NCBI RefSeq assembly: GCF_964204645.1
Contig: NC_134030.1
Location: 17,298,110-17,362,109, forward strand
Source: Tubulanus polymorphus
Lineage: Eukaryota; Animalia; Nemertea
DNA: 64,000 nucleotides
Direction: 5' to 3'
Shown: positions 63,343 to 64,000 of the stretch, in pieces
Layout of the letters: every line of letters starts with the position of its first letter
Position numbering within the stretch: the stretch's first letter is position 1
The notes under the pieces: generated by a model
The model's input: only the letters and a program-made list of their open reading frames with translations
What the model was told of the DNA's origin: nothing
Database searches by the model: none
Made by a program: the position numbers and the translations under genes

Positions 63343-64000
63343 CCACGAGTTTCGCCACTTCTCTCAGTTCCACACTCAACGAACGATAATTTGCCACGAC
63401 GAGTGCTTTACTAGATACCGATAACATCAGCCTCATTTCAAACAGGCTTATCTTTAGAGGCACCGAGCATGATTTTGGTAAATTATGAACCGTCCCCTGT
63501 GAACAGGTCACTTGTTTTTCGTGCCAAGTTGAATTGAATCGGGCAACCCCACAAGTGACCTGTAAGGTGACTCTAGTAAGAGCTGGTGGCTCTAAATAAC
63601 ATTCAGATTTACATCCAAAGGTTATTCGAGCCTATGTATGAGCCCAGGGGGAGGCCTCGCGTGGATCCATCACGACTGCCGAACTATCGATTTATTGCGG
63701 TGCAAGATAACATTAAATTGAGCTTCAGTTTCAAATATATATATGTATTACAAACAGTAGATTTAACCGTCTCTCTAGATGCTTTTGGCATTTTAGTTTA
63801 ATCGGTTTTCCGCATGTTATTTTGAATTTATTTTTCGATTAAAAGTTGTAATCGAAATACACTCGTGAGAATGTCTCGTGAGAATGTATGGTCTCTCATC
63901 AGAAAATCAATAGTTCTTACTTACTTACGTTTAATCAAAGGGCGGGGGGTGTTAAAACCAATTAGACAGTTATTCCAATTGACGGAACTATTGAAATTTT

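Overview
This is eukaryotic, AT-rich DNA, most likely from an invertebrate animal (inferred from the transposon repertoire; the host cannot be named). No recognisable host gene is present, and the window is a nested pile of mobile elements. From left to right: (1) the 3' half of an Ngaro/DIRS-type tyrosine-recombinase retrotransposon with split direct repeats (1-3734), inserted into (2) a decayed, very AT-rich Polinton/Maverick-like endogenous virus (3735-11631, minus strand) encoding protein-primed PolB, a penton/minor capsid protein and a run of small membrane proteins; (3) a 10-kb TIR transposon (12066-22070) whose IS630-Tc1-mariner (Sailor-like, DD83E) transposase is split by six introns and ends in a PHD finger; (4) two decayed BEL/Pao elements; (5) a Gag-only LTR element, a solo LTR, a 5'-truncated CR1/L2-type LINE and a non-coding LTR element; (6) a Ty3/Gypsy element with a chromodomain integrase and a class I fusion env gene (49141-57139); (7) Helentron-type repeats, many MITEs and two Penelope-type hammerhead motifs. 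The most striking observation is that all eight visible gene starts of the Polinton-like virus sit in TAAATG. These fall into two upstream classes (T-tract or A-tract core) that mirror poxvirus late and intermediate promoters, suggesting a satellite of a cytoplasmic large DNA virus. All coordinates and counts were read by eye and no database search was run.
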